Origin: the human T2T-CHM13v2.0 reference genome, Homo sapiens
DNA: 64,000 bases
Strand: one strand, 5' to 3'
Assembly (NCBI RefSeq): GCF_009914755.1
Contig: NC_060928.1
This document shows, piece after piece, positions 44,083 to 58,826 of this stretch; the first letter of the stretch is position 1, and each line of letters opens with the position of its first letter. The translations under genes were made by a program, and so were the position numbers. The notes below the pieces were generated by a model. That model saw nothing but the letters and a program-made list of their open reading frames with translations, did no database searches and was not told the DNA's origin.

Positions 44083-45028
44083 CTAAATGCAAAAGCAAAT
44101 GCCAATTTTGGTTGCTATTATGGGTGTTTAAACTGTGAGAGAAGAGAGCCAGTCTCTGAAATAGTTGCAGATTCCAGTTTTAGGAAACAGCAGAGTCAGG
44201 CTAGATTTGTCTTGCATGAAACATTAATTTTTAAAGTTAAAATAGTTACTAAACTGACATCAACAATTAATATTCTAGAAATCAAAACTCCCAAGAAAGT
44301 ATGCTCCTTACAATAAAAATATGTATGGTTGAATTCCTAAATTTTTCAGTTCCATCTCAAGGAAATTCATGTTATACCACATTTTTATGATCAAATAATT
44401 CAAAGACAATCGAGTGGAGGATGCTGAAGAAGATTCGGTAGAAAAAAAAACCCACTCTGCTGGAATGGAAAACTGGAATATGCAGGACAGGGTTATAGAC
44501 AGATATTTTAAGCCTTTAAGCATGTTGCCCAAGGGAATGAACTAAAAACGTAGCAGCTGATGTTTGAAGTAATGCCATTTAGCAAGTCCTCATTCACTGC
44601 CCTTGCCAAGTCAGATCCCTACATGGACTAATCAACAAATCACCAATCCCAGGAGAAAATATGAAGATCAAAGAACTTAGATGTAGTTTTACTAACTATC
44701 CATCTGCCCAGTGTTAGAATAAAGAAAGTATGAATTTAACTCAGCGTGACATTATAAAAGCCACGGTAAATGATAAATTCTTGACTCCATTTTTAAAAAC
44801 CAAGGAATACAGTATACCTATTTTCCATCAGTAACGGCATGTTAGATATCAAGTTCTGACCTGTATACTTTTCAACTTTTAAGCGTAGACATTAATTTGC
44901 CAAGAAAATCTTGAAGGGCTTGTGAAAGAAAGATGATTTCAGACACAAATACCCTATAGAGTCTTGCTGGGTGGGGGCGGGAAAGGGGAGAGGCTATACT
45001 GACATGGCAGAAGGGGTTTTTAACCTAG

Positions 45029-45185
45029 GCAGTATTTACTCAACTTGCTTGATGATATAAGTCAGTGTAGCGCTTGTTAAACATAAAGAGTTCAGGGCCC
45101 CACCCAGTCCATGGTAACACAGAAATGGGTATCTTTAATAAGTCTCCCAGGTGATTCTTATCAGGAAATTCTGGGAAACACTGAG
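45029..45185. mobile_element. MER5-type DNA transposon fragment
   Basis: cagtatttactcaacttg..gcttgttaaacata..ctcccaggtgattctta. Confidence 0.7.
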
Positions 45186-45820
45186 CTAGATTCATGCATG
45201 GAATCATGCTATATATTTGAACTTTCAAAGGGGGTTGCAAAATGATGAACACACTGGCATGGCATAAAAAGTTTTCAGGATTTTGAAGATAGGATGTTTG
45301 CAGTACAGCCACTATAGCAAGTCCAAATGTGTTGGTGTTGGTAAGACAGTATCCCGGGAATGCTATTGATTGAGGACACCATATTAAGGCCAAGGCTCAG
45401 TAGTCAGTGACTAATTTGAGATCCGTGGCTTTGCATGTGTGTGCACTTTCAGCACGTGGTCTTGAGGTACTTGAGGTTAAATCCAGTGACAGAAAGACCA
45501 AATTTCAAGTCTGGACCTAAGTTCTAGTCCCAGATCTGTCATGAACTAGCTGTGTAATTAGGGGCAAATAACCTAAACTGTTTGGGCCTGAAGTTTATCA
45601 TCTATGAAATCAGGGAACTTGCATAGATATCTATGAGGTCTTTTCAACTTTATAATTATCTGAAACTTATTATTTAAGTAAGAATTAAGTTGTATGGACA
45701 AAATAAATTGTTGCATTTTAGAAATCAAAAGCATCTTGGGCATCTCCTAATCCAATGGTGATGGCATATCTGAATCACTTATGAAATTAAATATCTTGGT
45801 GGCATTATCCTTAGTCATTA

Positions 45821-46167
<347 letters not shown>

Positions 46168-47599
46168 TCCATGAGTAGGAAGCATTGATTTAGTCTAGAT
46201 GGGGAAAAAGGCCCAGAGAGATTAAACGACTACTAAGATCACAAAGCTGATAGATGGGGCTCTCTCTTCTGACCCCCCCTCCCAGATAGTACTCTTACCC
46301 CAAAGTCTAATTCATGCTTCTGAGATAGTTACTCACTGGCCTTACTGGAAGGTAAGGTAGTCTAAGAAGAATAAAGAGGCATGAACACATTCTTGGGTGT
46401 CACCTGCCTGACTGGGAAAAGGAAACCCAGATTTCCTGAGTCAGACCAATACCTGCCACCACTCCTAGAGCTGGGTGGGCCAAAGAGAGCCAGCCTCCCC
46501 AGAGGAGACAGTGGCCTGCTTCTGGGCTTTGTGACACCTAGTGCCAACACTGCCTTTATGTGTCTCCCCAGCCCCTCCCTTCCTGTTAGTTGCACCAACT
46601 CACTACTGAAGCACTCTCAGGAGTTCATGAACCTTCTTTCAAGCAGGGTTGAGGATGAGTTATAGAATTTTTCTGTTCAGAACCAAGTATCACATAGCAA
46701 CAATAACAGCTGTCTTCTGACATTTATCAACAGCTGCACCAGATATTTTGCTAAGTGTTTTATAAGCATACCTCATTAAGTTATCACAGCACTGTAAGGT
46801 GAGTTACCCAGTTGAGTAAATAAAGGATCAGAGAGGGTCCATAATCTGCTCAAGGTGATACAGCCTGGCAAGATTGAGATTAGAACATAAGTCTTCATCA
46901 CGTATGCTCCCTGAAAGGGGGACCTTGTCTTTCAGGGCTTATTTTAATCTGCCAGGATGTCCTCGCGGTCTAGACAAAGGCAAAGGACAGGTGGAGACCA
47001 TCTTCATCATGCAAGCTACACTAATTCTGACAAAGAGGAGCTTTTCTCCCTTGTTCTCTTCTTAACCCAAAAGTATAGAATGCATGTAAGTGATGTGATC
47101 TTCTTCCCAGTATAGCACACCTGAAATACCCCACCCACTTCTAGACCAATGACCTCTGGGCGAGTACAAAATTAAGATGCTGGAGAGGCAAAGCATTTAG
47201 ATGAGATATGACTACATGGCAAGCAAGAAATATCAATTAATAACATCCAAATATACAGTTAGAGACACCATTAAAAAAAAGCATCTAGACTAGTCTGAGA
47301 ATCACATCAGATTCACTTCTAAATGGTTGACTTGAGTACATTATGATTTGTAATTTGAGAGGTTACATAGTGACCAGGAAAAAGGCAAAATGAAGAATAA
47401 TTTTTCTCCAGGTGATATCATTTAAATTTGTTATAAGTCATTTTGTGTTATGAGATTTAAACATATGGATGCTTAAAGGCTCAAAGATTATCAACATTAC
47501 TTGACAAATAAATAAGATAGGACAGACATGCTTCTGTCATGCTTCTCCATGATTATCAAGGAAGCAGAAATCAAATAATCAAGGGATTTGTTGGATTAC

Positions 47600-47626
47600 C
47601 TTTGGTCCAGGAAGTCCATGAGGTCC
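47600..47626 (-). CDS. COL25A1: COL25A1 exon 27 nt GPHGLPGPK
   Basis: ttttcag|GGA...AAG|gtaatc. Confidence 0.93.
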
Positions 47627-48770
47627 CTGAAAATGGAAAACAGAGCTTTTAATTAAGAATTGATTCACTGTTTCCCAGCAAGAGTGAATATTATATCACA
47701 TAACAAAAGAGATGTGAGACAAGCATCTTCTTGTTTGAGCTATAGGTAGAGGCAGGCTAGTGGATGTTATTTATTACCCACCAAAAGTTCCTTCCAGCTC
47801 TTGGATTGCTCTGTAATAGGAAATTCATTAATAGCAATTCTGTCTGCTAATACCTTTGAGGAGGGAGAAATCTGCCAGGGTTACATGGAAGAAAGAAGTA
47901 GGAAAAAGAGGTATTCTGAACTCAAATTACCATTACAAAGTCTGAGTGGAATATGTGAGATGCTTCATGAGTTTAAATGAAATAAAAATATGACTTCAAA
48001 GAGAAATTTGCCAAAGAGAAGCCCCAGACTTTAAGTGCCAGGGAAGAGGAGAAGTTTTCCATTAACTCCTCCAGACCCAAGGTGTTGAAGAATCTAAAGG
48101 AGACATGAAGTGAGGAGATGACACCCAAATTTTGGATTTTGTAGCATCATTTATTTAAGATTAAATAAAAGATTATTATGTAGGAAAGCTAAGCATTATT
48201 ATTTAGATTGCATTTATTTTTACAAAAACAAATTCCTCAAAGCTCTTGTAATAATTGTTTATCAGTGGAAGAAAGTCATAATGCATGCATGAATCAGGAT
48301 TACAAAACACATACTTTGTAGAAAATCTAAATATACAGACTAGTCAACTTAAATTAACTAAGGTTACTGTGGATTGCTGTAAACCTTTCAAGTGATTTAA
48401 ACAAACTATTTGGAGAAAGGAGTATTTAAATATCCATCAGTAAAATTATAAAACTGCAGGAAAAAGTTTTTATTAAGCAATGCCTATATATTTGTTACAT
48501 ATGTCCACATTAGAATAATATTTTCCTTTTCAATAAGTTTCAGATAAGGATTTTCAGGAAATGGCTGTTACTTTATCAGGTATTCTTACCTCATTTTAAT
48601 AATGGCTTAAAATTCCTCTAAACTAATTAATTTTATGATATGAACAGGCTGTAGCATTTTCTAATTTAACCTTCTATCTTATAGTAGAGGGAGTATTTTT
48701 AAAAAGCCAAAAGTATGCCATTTGCTTAATTCTTAATGAACCATCCAGTTTTAAGAAAATAAGGTCACAC

Positions 48771-49152
<382 letters not shown>

Positions 49153-49789
49153 TTATGTTATAAAATAGAAATGGAGCTAATCACTGGCTATGCTCTTGGC
49201 TTAGATCATTCCAATAATGCTCTTTCTTGTGCAATGGGAGGAAAGAGTGACCATAATTTACTTATTCTGTAATACTGAAGTCCTTTGATTTATTGACACC
49301 TGAGAGACACATGTGACCTTCTAGACTGCCTGACTTGCTCTTATTCTGCCCCAGTCAAAAGCATTTGAAGCATTCTGCCTTCAACATTCTAACCTTAACA
49401 ACTGTCTTTGGTTTGACATTTAGAGAATTATACTTGCTTAATGGCTGCCTTCCTCACTGGACATCAGTTTCTTGAGGGCAGGGCCACTGTCACCATTGGC
49501 CACTGCAAGACACCTGCAGTTAACACTGGCCCTGGCTCAATGAATCAATCAAAGTATCATAAAAGTAAGAAGGAAGATCTAACAATATATGTTATCTGAG
49601 GAAGTAAGCTGCAATTTTTATCATACTATTTTACAAATATTCTTTTTTAAAATTGACACATAATAACTATATATTTATGGATATAGTGTGATATTTTGAT
49701 ACCTTATACATAAATGTTCCTATTGAACATTTCATTAAAGAGTTCAAACCCCAAACTTTGTCAGAAAACATTCTTTAATGGCTATTATT

Positions 49790-50078
49790 ACTATTATTAT
49801 TATTATTATTATTTTTGAGATAGAGTCTCACTGTCTCCCAGGCTAAAGGGCAAGGGCATGATCACAACTCACTGCAACCTCAGCCTCCCTGGGCTCAGGC
49901 AATCCTCCCACCTCAGCCTCCTGAGTAGCTGGGACTACAGGCATGTGCCACCATGGCCAGTTAATTTTTGTAGTAGAGATGGAGTTTTGCCATGTTGCCC
50001 AGGCTGGTAACTCCTGACCTCAAGTGATCTGCCCACCTCGGCCTCCCAAAGTGTTGGCATGAGCCATTGTGTCCAGCC
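49790..50078 (-). mobile_element. AluJ/S with (TTA)n tail
   Basis: Reverse Alu. Confidence 0.88.
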
Positions 50079-50417
50079 AATTCTAAATCTTATTCTGCTG
50101 GTATCAGGTTAGAGGAGTGGCCGGATAAAATGATTTGCCAGTGTTCACACTGTAAAGTTGTAGTAGAGCTTGCTATATGTGTCTGTCTTTCCTCACCTCT
50201 GTCGCAAAACTACTCTATCTCTTCCCAACATATGTGTTTGGGAGAGTGAATGACAACACTGTAAAGTTAATATATCTCAAAGCACCTGGTATTTTCCATC
50301 CATTCCACAGAGAGTAGTACAAAATACAAGCTGGCTGTTTAGAGGGATGTGTTCATGTTCTCTCTAGCAGCATGCTCATAAATAAGCAATTACATTTCAG
50401 AAAGAAGGGAAACTTAC

Positions 50418-50468
50418 CATGGGGCCAGGTGGGCCATGGGGACCTGGTGGGCCTGGTGGGCCTATGAT
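50418..50468 (-). CDS. COL25A1: COL25A1 exon 51 nt IIGPPGPPGPHGPPGPM (begins with a helix interruption)
   Basis: catacag|ATC ATA GGC...ATG|gtaagt. Confidence 0.93.
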
Positions 50469-51087
50469 CTGTATGTCCAAAAAATAAAAATGTATTTGGT
50501 TACTTCATTTAGATAAGGCAGTTCAACTTGAATCTTGTGCTGGGGTTCTGCTAAGGCCATTAGTAGTTGGAGAGGAAGAAAGATACTAGAATAAGTGATG
50601 TGTTTGATTCTCTAGATGTAGAAATTCCCTTATGAGAATTAAAAAAAAAAATTCCAAAAAAAGTTCTCCAAAAGCCAGAATAAATGAAAACTATGTTAAA
50701 AGAAAAGGAAGCAACTAATTACCAAGAAATGCTATAATGTCACTACTATCAAACTCAAATATTTCACTAAGCATAAGCAGGGCTCTGGAGAAACAAACAA
50801 GTATGTTCTATATTCACAAAGATCTACCCATTGTTAGGAGAAAACCATTGATTTTTTTCCTCAGGATTAGACAGTCCTCTGAAAACCTGCTTCTACCTCA
50901 GACCTCTGATATACTTTGTCTATCACTGTGCAGGGCTGACGGATGTTTCTTCTACAGTTTGACAAACCAAGAGGTTTGAGGTCTGTCTACTGTTGTGCAG
51001 CCATCTGGCAGAGGTGGAATAGGTAAGTAACAGGTCAGTGTGTGAGGAGGTTCAGGAACAATGGAAGTTCAGCCACCATGGACTTAC

Positions 51088-51150
51088 AGAAGGACCCTGT
51101 GGACCCGGCATTCCAGAATCTCCTTTTTCTCCTTTCATTCCATTGGCTCC
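51088..51150 (-). CDS. COL25A1: COL25A1 exon 63 nt GANGMKGEKGDSGMPGPQGPS
   Basis: ttatag|GGA...TCT|gtaagt. Confidence 0.96.
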
Positions 51151-52037
51151 CTATAAATAACCATTAAGCAGAGTTAAGCAGGTAAAGTTATTTCCAGTGT
51201 AAGAGACAACTGAATTTTCTCCCCAAACCCATTGTTCTCTTGACATTTTATAATATTATGCACTTGCTACATAAAAGAAGGATTTATCTCCTTGAATTCT
51301 AGCTTAAAATAGCAAGCTTATTAAAATCCTTAGGATTATGGGTGATATGTAGAATAAAATATAAAGTAAATGAAAACTAGTTTGAGCTTGATTGGTTAAA
51401 GACCTACAGTGTTAAATACATTGAGTTATAAATGTTATATCTTTTATGGTGGTGCGCAATTTAAACAGCAAAGGTAAGGCTTTTAACTTAGTTTTTACTG
51501 ACATTTATATACTTCCTTGTTTTACAGAAAAGTCTAAGGCAGTGGAGTTTACTGCATTTTTTAAAACAATTTTTACATTTTCTCCTCCAAATTCTCAGTT
51601 AGAATTACGGGGAAAACCATAAAACACCATCCCATAGTATCATACACACAGAGGACACTTTCCAGAGTAATTTGTTTTTTAATTCTCCTATATTTTTTGG
51701 CTCATTTCTTTATTATGGTTTATTTTACAATAACCAGTTACCACCATCTTATGCATACTAAATTAAAGTGGCCAACTATGTTTATTTTATTATCTTCTAG
51801 GGAAAACAATTCAGGAAAACATGAAGGCTTCCTTTATAATTCATTTGGTTACATGCCTTACAATTTGAGTTCCCTAGAGTAATTAACCAATAATACCTCA
51901 AATATTTCAAAATAAAAATATGAGATGAACCACTAGATGAGATTGCAGCTAATAATATAACTCTTTTCTGATTGTTTAATTTATCTTAATAAGAACATAA
52001 TATAAAAAGTATAAACAAACAGAAAGTATAAACATAC

Positions 52038-52118
52038 CGGTAATCCAGGAAGTCCAATTCCTCCTTTTTCACCTGTCATACCTGGGTCCCCCATGTCTCC
52101 CTTTGAGCCTTTGAGTCC
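52038..52118 (-). CDS. COL25A1: COL25A1 exon 81 nt GLKGSKGDMGDPGMTGEKGGIGLPGLP
   Basis: tttttag|GGA...CCG|gtatgt. Confidence 0.96.
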
Positions 52119-52767
52119 CTAAAAATGATAGACAAGGTTGGCATGTAAGCAGCATAATGACCCCCGATAATTACATCCTAGGGAAAACAGAATTCCAGAT
52201 CAATTTCGTTAATAGGTGGGTTCAATGTTGAGATGATTCTGATTTTTGTTTTTAGGTAGAGTTATTTCTTACAGCAACCTTCTACATGCAATCAGTACTA
52301 TTTCTCCTTGTAATGAAATAGATTAAGTTCTATTAGGCCATGTAAGCATAAAAAACATGAACTTAGGTTTTGACATAATTTCTCCTGATTTTGTATTTTT
52401 ACCTGGCAGCTAATTCTATCTCACCAGACCTGAAAACAACTTAATAGACTTAATTCTCAACAATACAGGATGTATTTTGAACTGGGACCTAGTGTTATAT
52501 AATAACAAATGTCCAAATTTCTCTCATCTCTACCCACTATACTCCCCTCCCTCCTAACTGCAGGCAGAAGTTCCAGTCACAATGAGTTTTCAATGGTCCA
52601 GTCTACAGACTGGTAAATCACTGGATCATTTACCACACACTAACGCTCAATCAATGCTTAAAAGTATGACAACCTCTTCACAGTGTTGTTATTTTGTTCT
52701 CATGATGTCTCTATGAGATGAGTCAGAATGGTATTTTTATTCTCCTTTACAGTGAGGAAATAGATAA

Positions 52768-53106
<339 letters not shown>

Positions 53107-53947
53107 TGAATTTTATAATATTAATATTGACATTAATTTATATTTTTAAGCATTTTCATCCTAGGAAACTCACTTCAATATACTAATGGCTCATTCTTCA
53201 GTAGAGATGATCATAGTTATTATGGTAAGGGGCTTCTAGGCTGCACAAACCTGTTTATCTTTTCTTTATTAAAACCGATGGAGAAAAATTATTTATGGAA
53301 AGGAACTTTTCTTGTTAACTGTTCCTATTTAATAGCATTCAGAATTACCCAATGGGTAAGTAGGTGCCTGAATGAATAGATGGATCTTACTGATTAATAA
53401 GACCTGGATTATTTTTAGGGATCTAGTGATGGCAGCAGGACGGCAACCCAATGTACTTAGTGATAGAAGAAGACCTTGCAAAGCCTACAGAAGAAAAAAA
53501 AAAGCTAGCTACTATATCTGTAGGAGCCATAATGTATATCATTATGCATGTCAAATTAATTGCTTATAATGACCAATGGTCAGAGAAGTAACATAGACAG
53601 ACTTTAAAATTCTAAGTGATCTATGATATAGCAAATCATCTAAGGTATCTATGTTTCTGTTTACCACATGTTCATTTAATATGGCATTATTATTATTTCA
53701 GCATATAACTCTGATAGTAAAAATAATCCTAAACCTAATTTTCCTATCTAATACTTTCTTCTGAGGAGTATATGTGCACTAACTGTATTAAGAATCCTTT
53801 TGATTTCTTATGATTTTCCTGATTTTAGCCATTTCTTGGGTAAATAATGGAAATCAAGAAAACACTAAAGATCTTGAAATTAACCCTTTTGATTCCATTC
53901 CAAATTCTGAATACTGTCCACGTTCTCCAACTCAGATTCTTTTAGAG

Positions 53948-54148
53948 CAGGGGTCGCCAAACCATGGCTCACAGGCCAAATTCATCCCAGGGATTGTTTT
54001 TGTACAGAGTGAATTTAAAAAAAAATTGTTGAGGTGTTAACCAAAAATAAATAAATAAAAAGGAAACTTCAACACAGATTGTATGTGGCCTGTAAAGCCT
54101 AAAGCATTTACTATCTGGACCTTTATTAACAAAGCTTGCCGACTTCTG
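53948..54148. mobile_element. MER58A (hAT-Charlie)
   Basis: caggggtcgccaaaccatggc..gcctaaagcatttactatctggaccttt..cttgccgacttctg. Confidence 0.8.
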
Positions 54149-54659
54149 TTTTAGAGGGAACCCTCAGAGATACACTACCATACTCTGTCAAGCTACAAGT
54201 TCCCTGCTTGTTTCTGTATTTTCTAAGGATCTAGGGATTAGGTGTCATCTTTATTTGGGAAAAGAAAACATTGTCTAAAAAAGGCATATAGGCAAGATTT
54301 AGTTTTGTGGAAACTATGGTCACTGATTTTAATCTTGACATATTTGTATTCACTGACAAAAATTAGGCTAGTTTTACTAACTTGGTAATGATTTTACAAG
54401 TCTATTAAAAATTTGCAGGGGAGTCACTGGTAGGTTGATATAAAGTATTAAGAACAAAACTGAAGTATCATATGGCTTAGATGTTTTTGCGAAGAAAACT
54501 AATGTCTGCTTTTTAGAGTCAATGAAGTCTCTAGAACAAATGGTTAAAAGAAAGAGGGTATCAAATATCAATGCTCATGACATTTTGGTTTCAAACCTAC
54601 AATAAAAGTAGTAATCAAGAATGATGCTTTAAATAATAGTATATATCTTTGAAAATTAC

Positions 54660-54704
54660 CTGCTCTCCATCCATTCCTGGGATTCCTGGAGATCCCTGCT
54701 CTCC
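54660..54704 (-). CDS. COL25A1: COL25A1 exon 45 nt GEQGSPGIPGMDGEQ
   Basis: aatag|GGA...CAG|gtaatt. Confidence 0.95.
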
Positions 54705-57700
54705 CTATTAAGATAAAAATAGATGACTTGCCTCCATTCTCATTGGTAACATACTGCACTACATAAAAAAACGATGCTAGTTTGTTAACACCACAATTTG
54801 ACTTTCAGCAAATGCATCATAACCCGAGAATATTCTATTATAGCACATATCTAAACTAAGGGAAGTAATAATCTTTCTTCAAGATTATGTATAGTATTTA
54901 TATGTAGCTAAGATCCAATGCTTTTAGTGTTTTTATTTTTTCTCCATGTGAGATGCAGGCTAAAAAAGAGTGGTCAAGGAAAACTGATAGACACAATTTG
55001 ATAGCTGACCATATCCTATAGCAACAACCTATCTGCCTCAGTTAGTTAATTTTTTTCTCCATACAACCTCTGTATGATTTCTCTCACTTTCCAATTTCAG
55101 TAAAAAGGAAAACATAACAGTTAACCTAAAAAAATAAAATGCAAAGCCCCATGAATTTTCAACAATATTTTAATTGGCACAGTTCAAACAGTTAGTTACA
55201 AATTCATGATTGTGAGTGTGCAATTTCCAGAAAAGCCTCACTGAAGGATATCATAAATCAGATATCTTAATGCATATGAAATAACTTTTAGATCAATTCA
55301 ATTTCTTATACTGTGCTATGAATGAACTAAAATTTACTATTCATGTTATGATTTATAAGGATTTTTGACAAACTCAAAATATAGAGATTTTTGTTTGCTT
55401 TTTTAAACTGAAGATGTTCATTAAAAGCAAATTTATACAATACGCCAGAAAGTTAATCGAACAGCAAATGTTTAGTCACTTCTCAGTTTTGAAAGGTGAC
55501 TAAATAAATTCCTTGAAAAGTAAGCATTATTTTGTATCAATGAGTCATTTATGTGGATCCCATTACAAATATCCCTGAATCCCACACTGTGGAAACTTTG
55601 TAAAAACAGCTCTTCTGAGTGTGAGAGGCCTGCCTCACAGACAGATTTCCAACGGAGCTGACCTGAGGCTGTATTTTCTAGAAAGGCCTGTTTGGTGATA
55701 CTATAAACCACAATATTGAAATGGTTAGAGCTCCTTTCCCTGGTAAAAACTTTAAGAGCTATGAGGTACAGCATGAAATTTGAGCTTTCCAGTGTTTAAG
55801 GAAGGCATGATCTTGTGGTTATAAACAAATGAAGCAAGAAAAGCGGCGGGGGAAGGGCCTTTTCTTATTTCAGGTTTCCTGCTCTTTGTGGTAGCAGCAA
55901 ATTTTATTTTGCCACAAACAAGTCTGCTGAGGTTGGATGCACCTGGCTAAGCCCTAGTTTCATTCAGAGTCTGAATACTTGTCAGCACTGTGGGTCCAAT
56001 AATGATGGCTTTGCTAGGCTTTTCCCTTTAAAATATGATTCACAAGTGTTTAAAAGGAAAACATAATTCATGAGTTATTCATTTATCCTTCACCCCTCAA
56101 ATGGGGTTTGTAAGAGTTATTTGATGTGTAGGGAATCAAACAATTCTTGTGTGATAAATGAAGGAGAAATGCTAATTGAGTAAGTTCCCATTCAGTCTGA
56201 ATTCCAAGATCAGAAGGGGTTCTATACTTGACTCAGGCTACATTTTGCTGTCTCTTGGTCATAGCTACATTCCACCCCAATTATCCCAACCTTCTCAAGG
56301 ACAGACCATGAAAAACATAAAGGACTACATCAGCTAACACAAGATCTCAATTATAAGACCATTGTGGGGTGGGTGGGGTAGGGATGATAGCATACTGGGA
56401 AGGATGGCAAGGGTAGGAGGTAAGCGAGAATGACTCAACCCTCCTCCATATTGCTTGTCTAGATATTCATCTGGGCAACTTCTTCCTGTCTTTCAGTTTC
56501 AACTCAAAGCCACCCTTGGCTCTTAAGACTTAGAGGGACCTTCTATGCACTTACTCTATTAATAATTGTACCTTTACTTGCCTATCTCCCTCCCTAGGCC
56601 ATAAGCCCTTTATTGGAATTTCTTTCTAGTATCCTTACTAGATATTAGTCCTTACCATAGAGTAGAGGCTCAAAAATTACTTACTGAATAACTGAATTAA
56701 TACACGAATAGCAATTGGATTATAAAACCAGGGGAATATAGGTTTTAGTGGTACAGATTTTTTACCTAGGAGGTCCTTTTTGCCTCTTTGGGTCAAAGAA
56801 TGGGTGCCTTTGGGGCTTCTCTAGGCCTTTGGACTGTAGAGAAGAGAAAAGTCCTGGAAACTTTTGAGGTTTGTGGGAAATGAGATATGTATTTAGCTTT
56901 GGGGACAATTTTGGTTCTGGAGTCTTAGTCAAGCGAGGAGGTGAAATAATGAACTTAGACACTTGGTTGGTTCTACACAAAGGAAAAAAAGAAATTGCAG
57001 ATTTCCTTCTAGGATATCTAGTCCAGCTCACCAAGATATTATTGAATGGGGATCCAGGCAGTGTTGCTCGCCAAGAATAAAGATTATATATAGTTTTTTT
57101 GTGTTATGTCTCTTAGGGACCAGAATGTGCTGGAGAAATAGAAAGTTAAAAATCCCACACCTTATATTAATGTTATACAAGAAATCTATTTGAAATTAGG
57201 ATCTATGTTCTAAATATATAGGCAAGGAGCTCAGTAATATTGTAATTTATATTCCTTTATATAATAGAAAAATAAAGTTTCTATATACTAGATTTCTGTT
57301 TTTAAGTATCTTGAGAGAGTATGAAAGCTGATACGTGTGAGTGTGTGTTATGACAGACTTAGCAAATAAACTGCCTTAAGAAGCATTAACAAAAGATGAA
57401 TTCTGAAATAACTTGAATCTCCTACAAGAATCCAATGACGAAAGTCATATTTCAACACACGTAGCTCAGTTCTGAAAAGCCAGAATCACTGGCCATGTGT
57501 TAATTGATCAAACATGGTTGAATGACTAAGCTTCAGTTTGGAGGGATAAAGCCATCAACAAAGTTTAGATATAAAGCAATTCTAGCCTTCTACTATTTTT
57601 AGTTGGTATGTTTCATTAGATAAGATTTAAATGGCAAAATGTCTGAAAGTATATAATAAAGAATGCATTATGAAAAATGATTCCTAAAATTTTGATTTGT

Positions 57701-58136
57701 GAATGCACCATACTAAAACTTTTCTTACTCTTTTTATTATAAAAGCATTAGAAGCAAGGATCTTTCTTGGTGTCAAGTTAAATTTTCTCTAATCCTCCTT
57801 TAATCAAACATTTTCTTTTGTTTTCATACACCACATTTAGTGTTTTTTACATTTATAATTTCTGTGGAACTTGTTTTTCCCTTGTTTAATATCTTTTTTC
57901 AATGTCTTCCCTAAATTAAATTTCTCTCTCTTCTTTTCCTATTTTCCCTTCTTCTTTTCTAATTTTCTATCTTCCTTCAGTCCAGACCTCAATTTCTTTT
58001 CTTCGCTCTCTAAAACAATACTGTTGATCTCAGCTTCTTCAGCATTTTGTAAGACTGATTTTCAAAGATGCATATACTTAATACGGTATTCCCTGCACTG
58101 TATGTGATAAATGGAAACAAGTAAATAAAGAATAAC

Positions 58137-58181
58137 CTTTGGCCCTTGTAGTCCTTGAGGTCCAGGAGGTCCAGGGGGACC
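58137..58181 (-). CDS. COL25A1: COL25A1 exon 45 nt GPPGPPGPQGLQGPK
   Basis: tttag|GGT...AAG|gttatt; 5 Gly-X-Y triplets. Confidence 0.95.
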
Positions 58182-58802
58182 CTAAATCAAGAAAAAGCAC
58201 AGTTTTTAAAAGTAGTAATTATATGTATTAAAATTCATACCTTAAATAGGCACACTATACACCTTCCTTATTTCTATCGTAATCAGATCTCCCCAAATAT
58301 AAATTTGCAATGAGGAAAAATTTTACTAGTTACATAATTAGAAAAAAACACCTATTTATATGCTAAAATATTAACACATTTGAGGTCAAAATAATGTGGA
58401 AGGTGCTTCTGGGTAGATTCGGTAAGGCAATGTAAAATTGCTGCCATGCTCCACACTCATCGTATTGGGATGAATTAGCATACGAATATTAGCTTTGTTT
58501 CTACATACACTCCTTACCCCTCCACCCCAAAGGCGTTGATTTCCCAAACCCTAAAGAATAAAGCTATATTGTTCAGATAAGGCCAGAGACTTTTAAGAAA
58601 ATTAGCAATCACTTTTTTCTTGACCTTTTCACTAAGCAGACAAAGTGATTCAACTGGAGCAAATGTAAAAGATTATTAATACAAGAAAACATAAAATTAA
58701 GTATCAGATAAAAACAATAGCTACATTAGTACCATTTTGGCTGGCATGCATCAACACCAAATACAAAACCACAAACCACAGAAAGCATGCAATAGGAGTT
58801 AC

Positions 58803-58826
58803 CGTGACAGTTAAGGTGGTAATCCT
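58803..58826 (-). CDS. COL25A1: COL25A1 24-nt microexon, NC3 end (RITTLTVT)
   Basis: cccaacag|AGG ATT ACC ACC TTA ACT GTC ACG|gtaact; in frame with the next Gly-X-Y exon. Confidence 0.88.

Noticed and set aside
46923-46970. Minus-strand PRGHPGRL after a tctag, resembling a collagen exon
   Set aside because: Only two triplets, an in-frame TAA, wrong phase and a poor donor (gtcccc)
57870-58060. Minus-strand K/E-rich frame SVLQNAEEAEINSIVLESEEKKLRSGLKEDRKLEKKKGK
   Set aside because: Bounded by stops, with no in-frame ATG or convincing acceptor; explained by purine-rich low complexity
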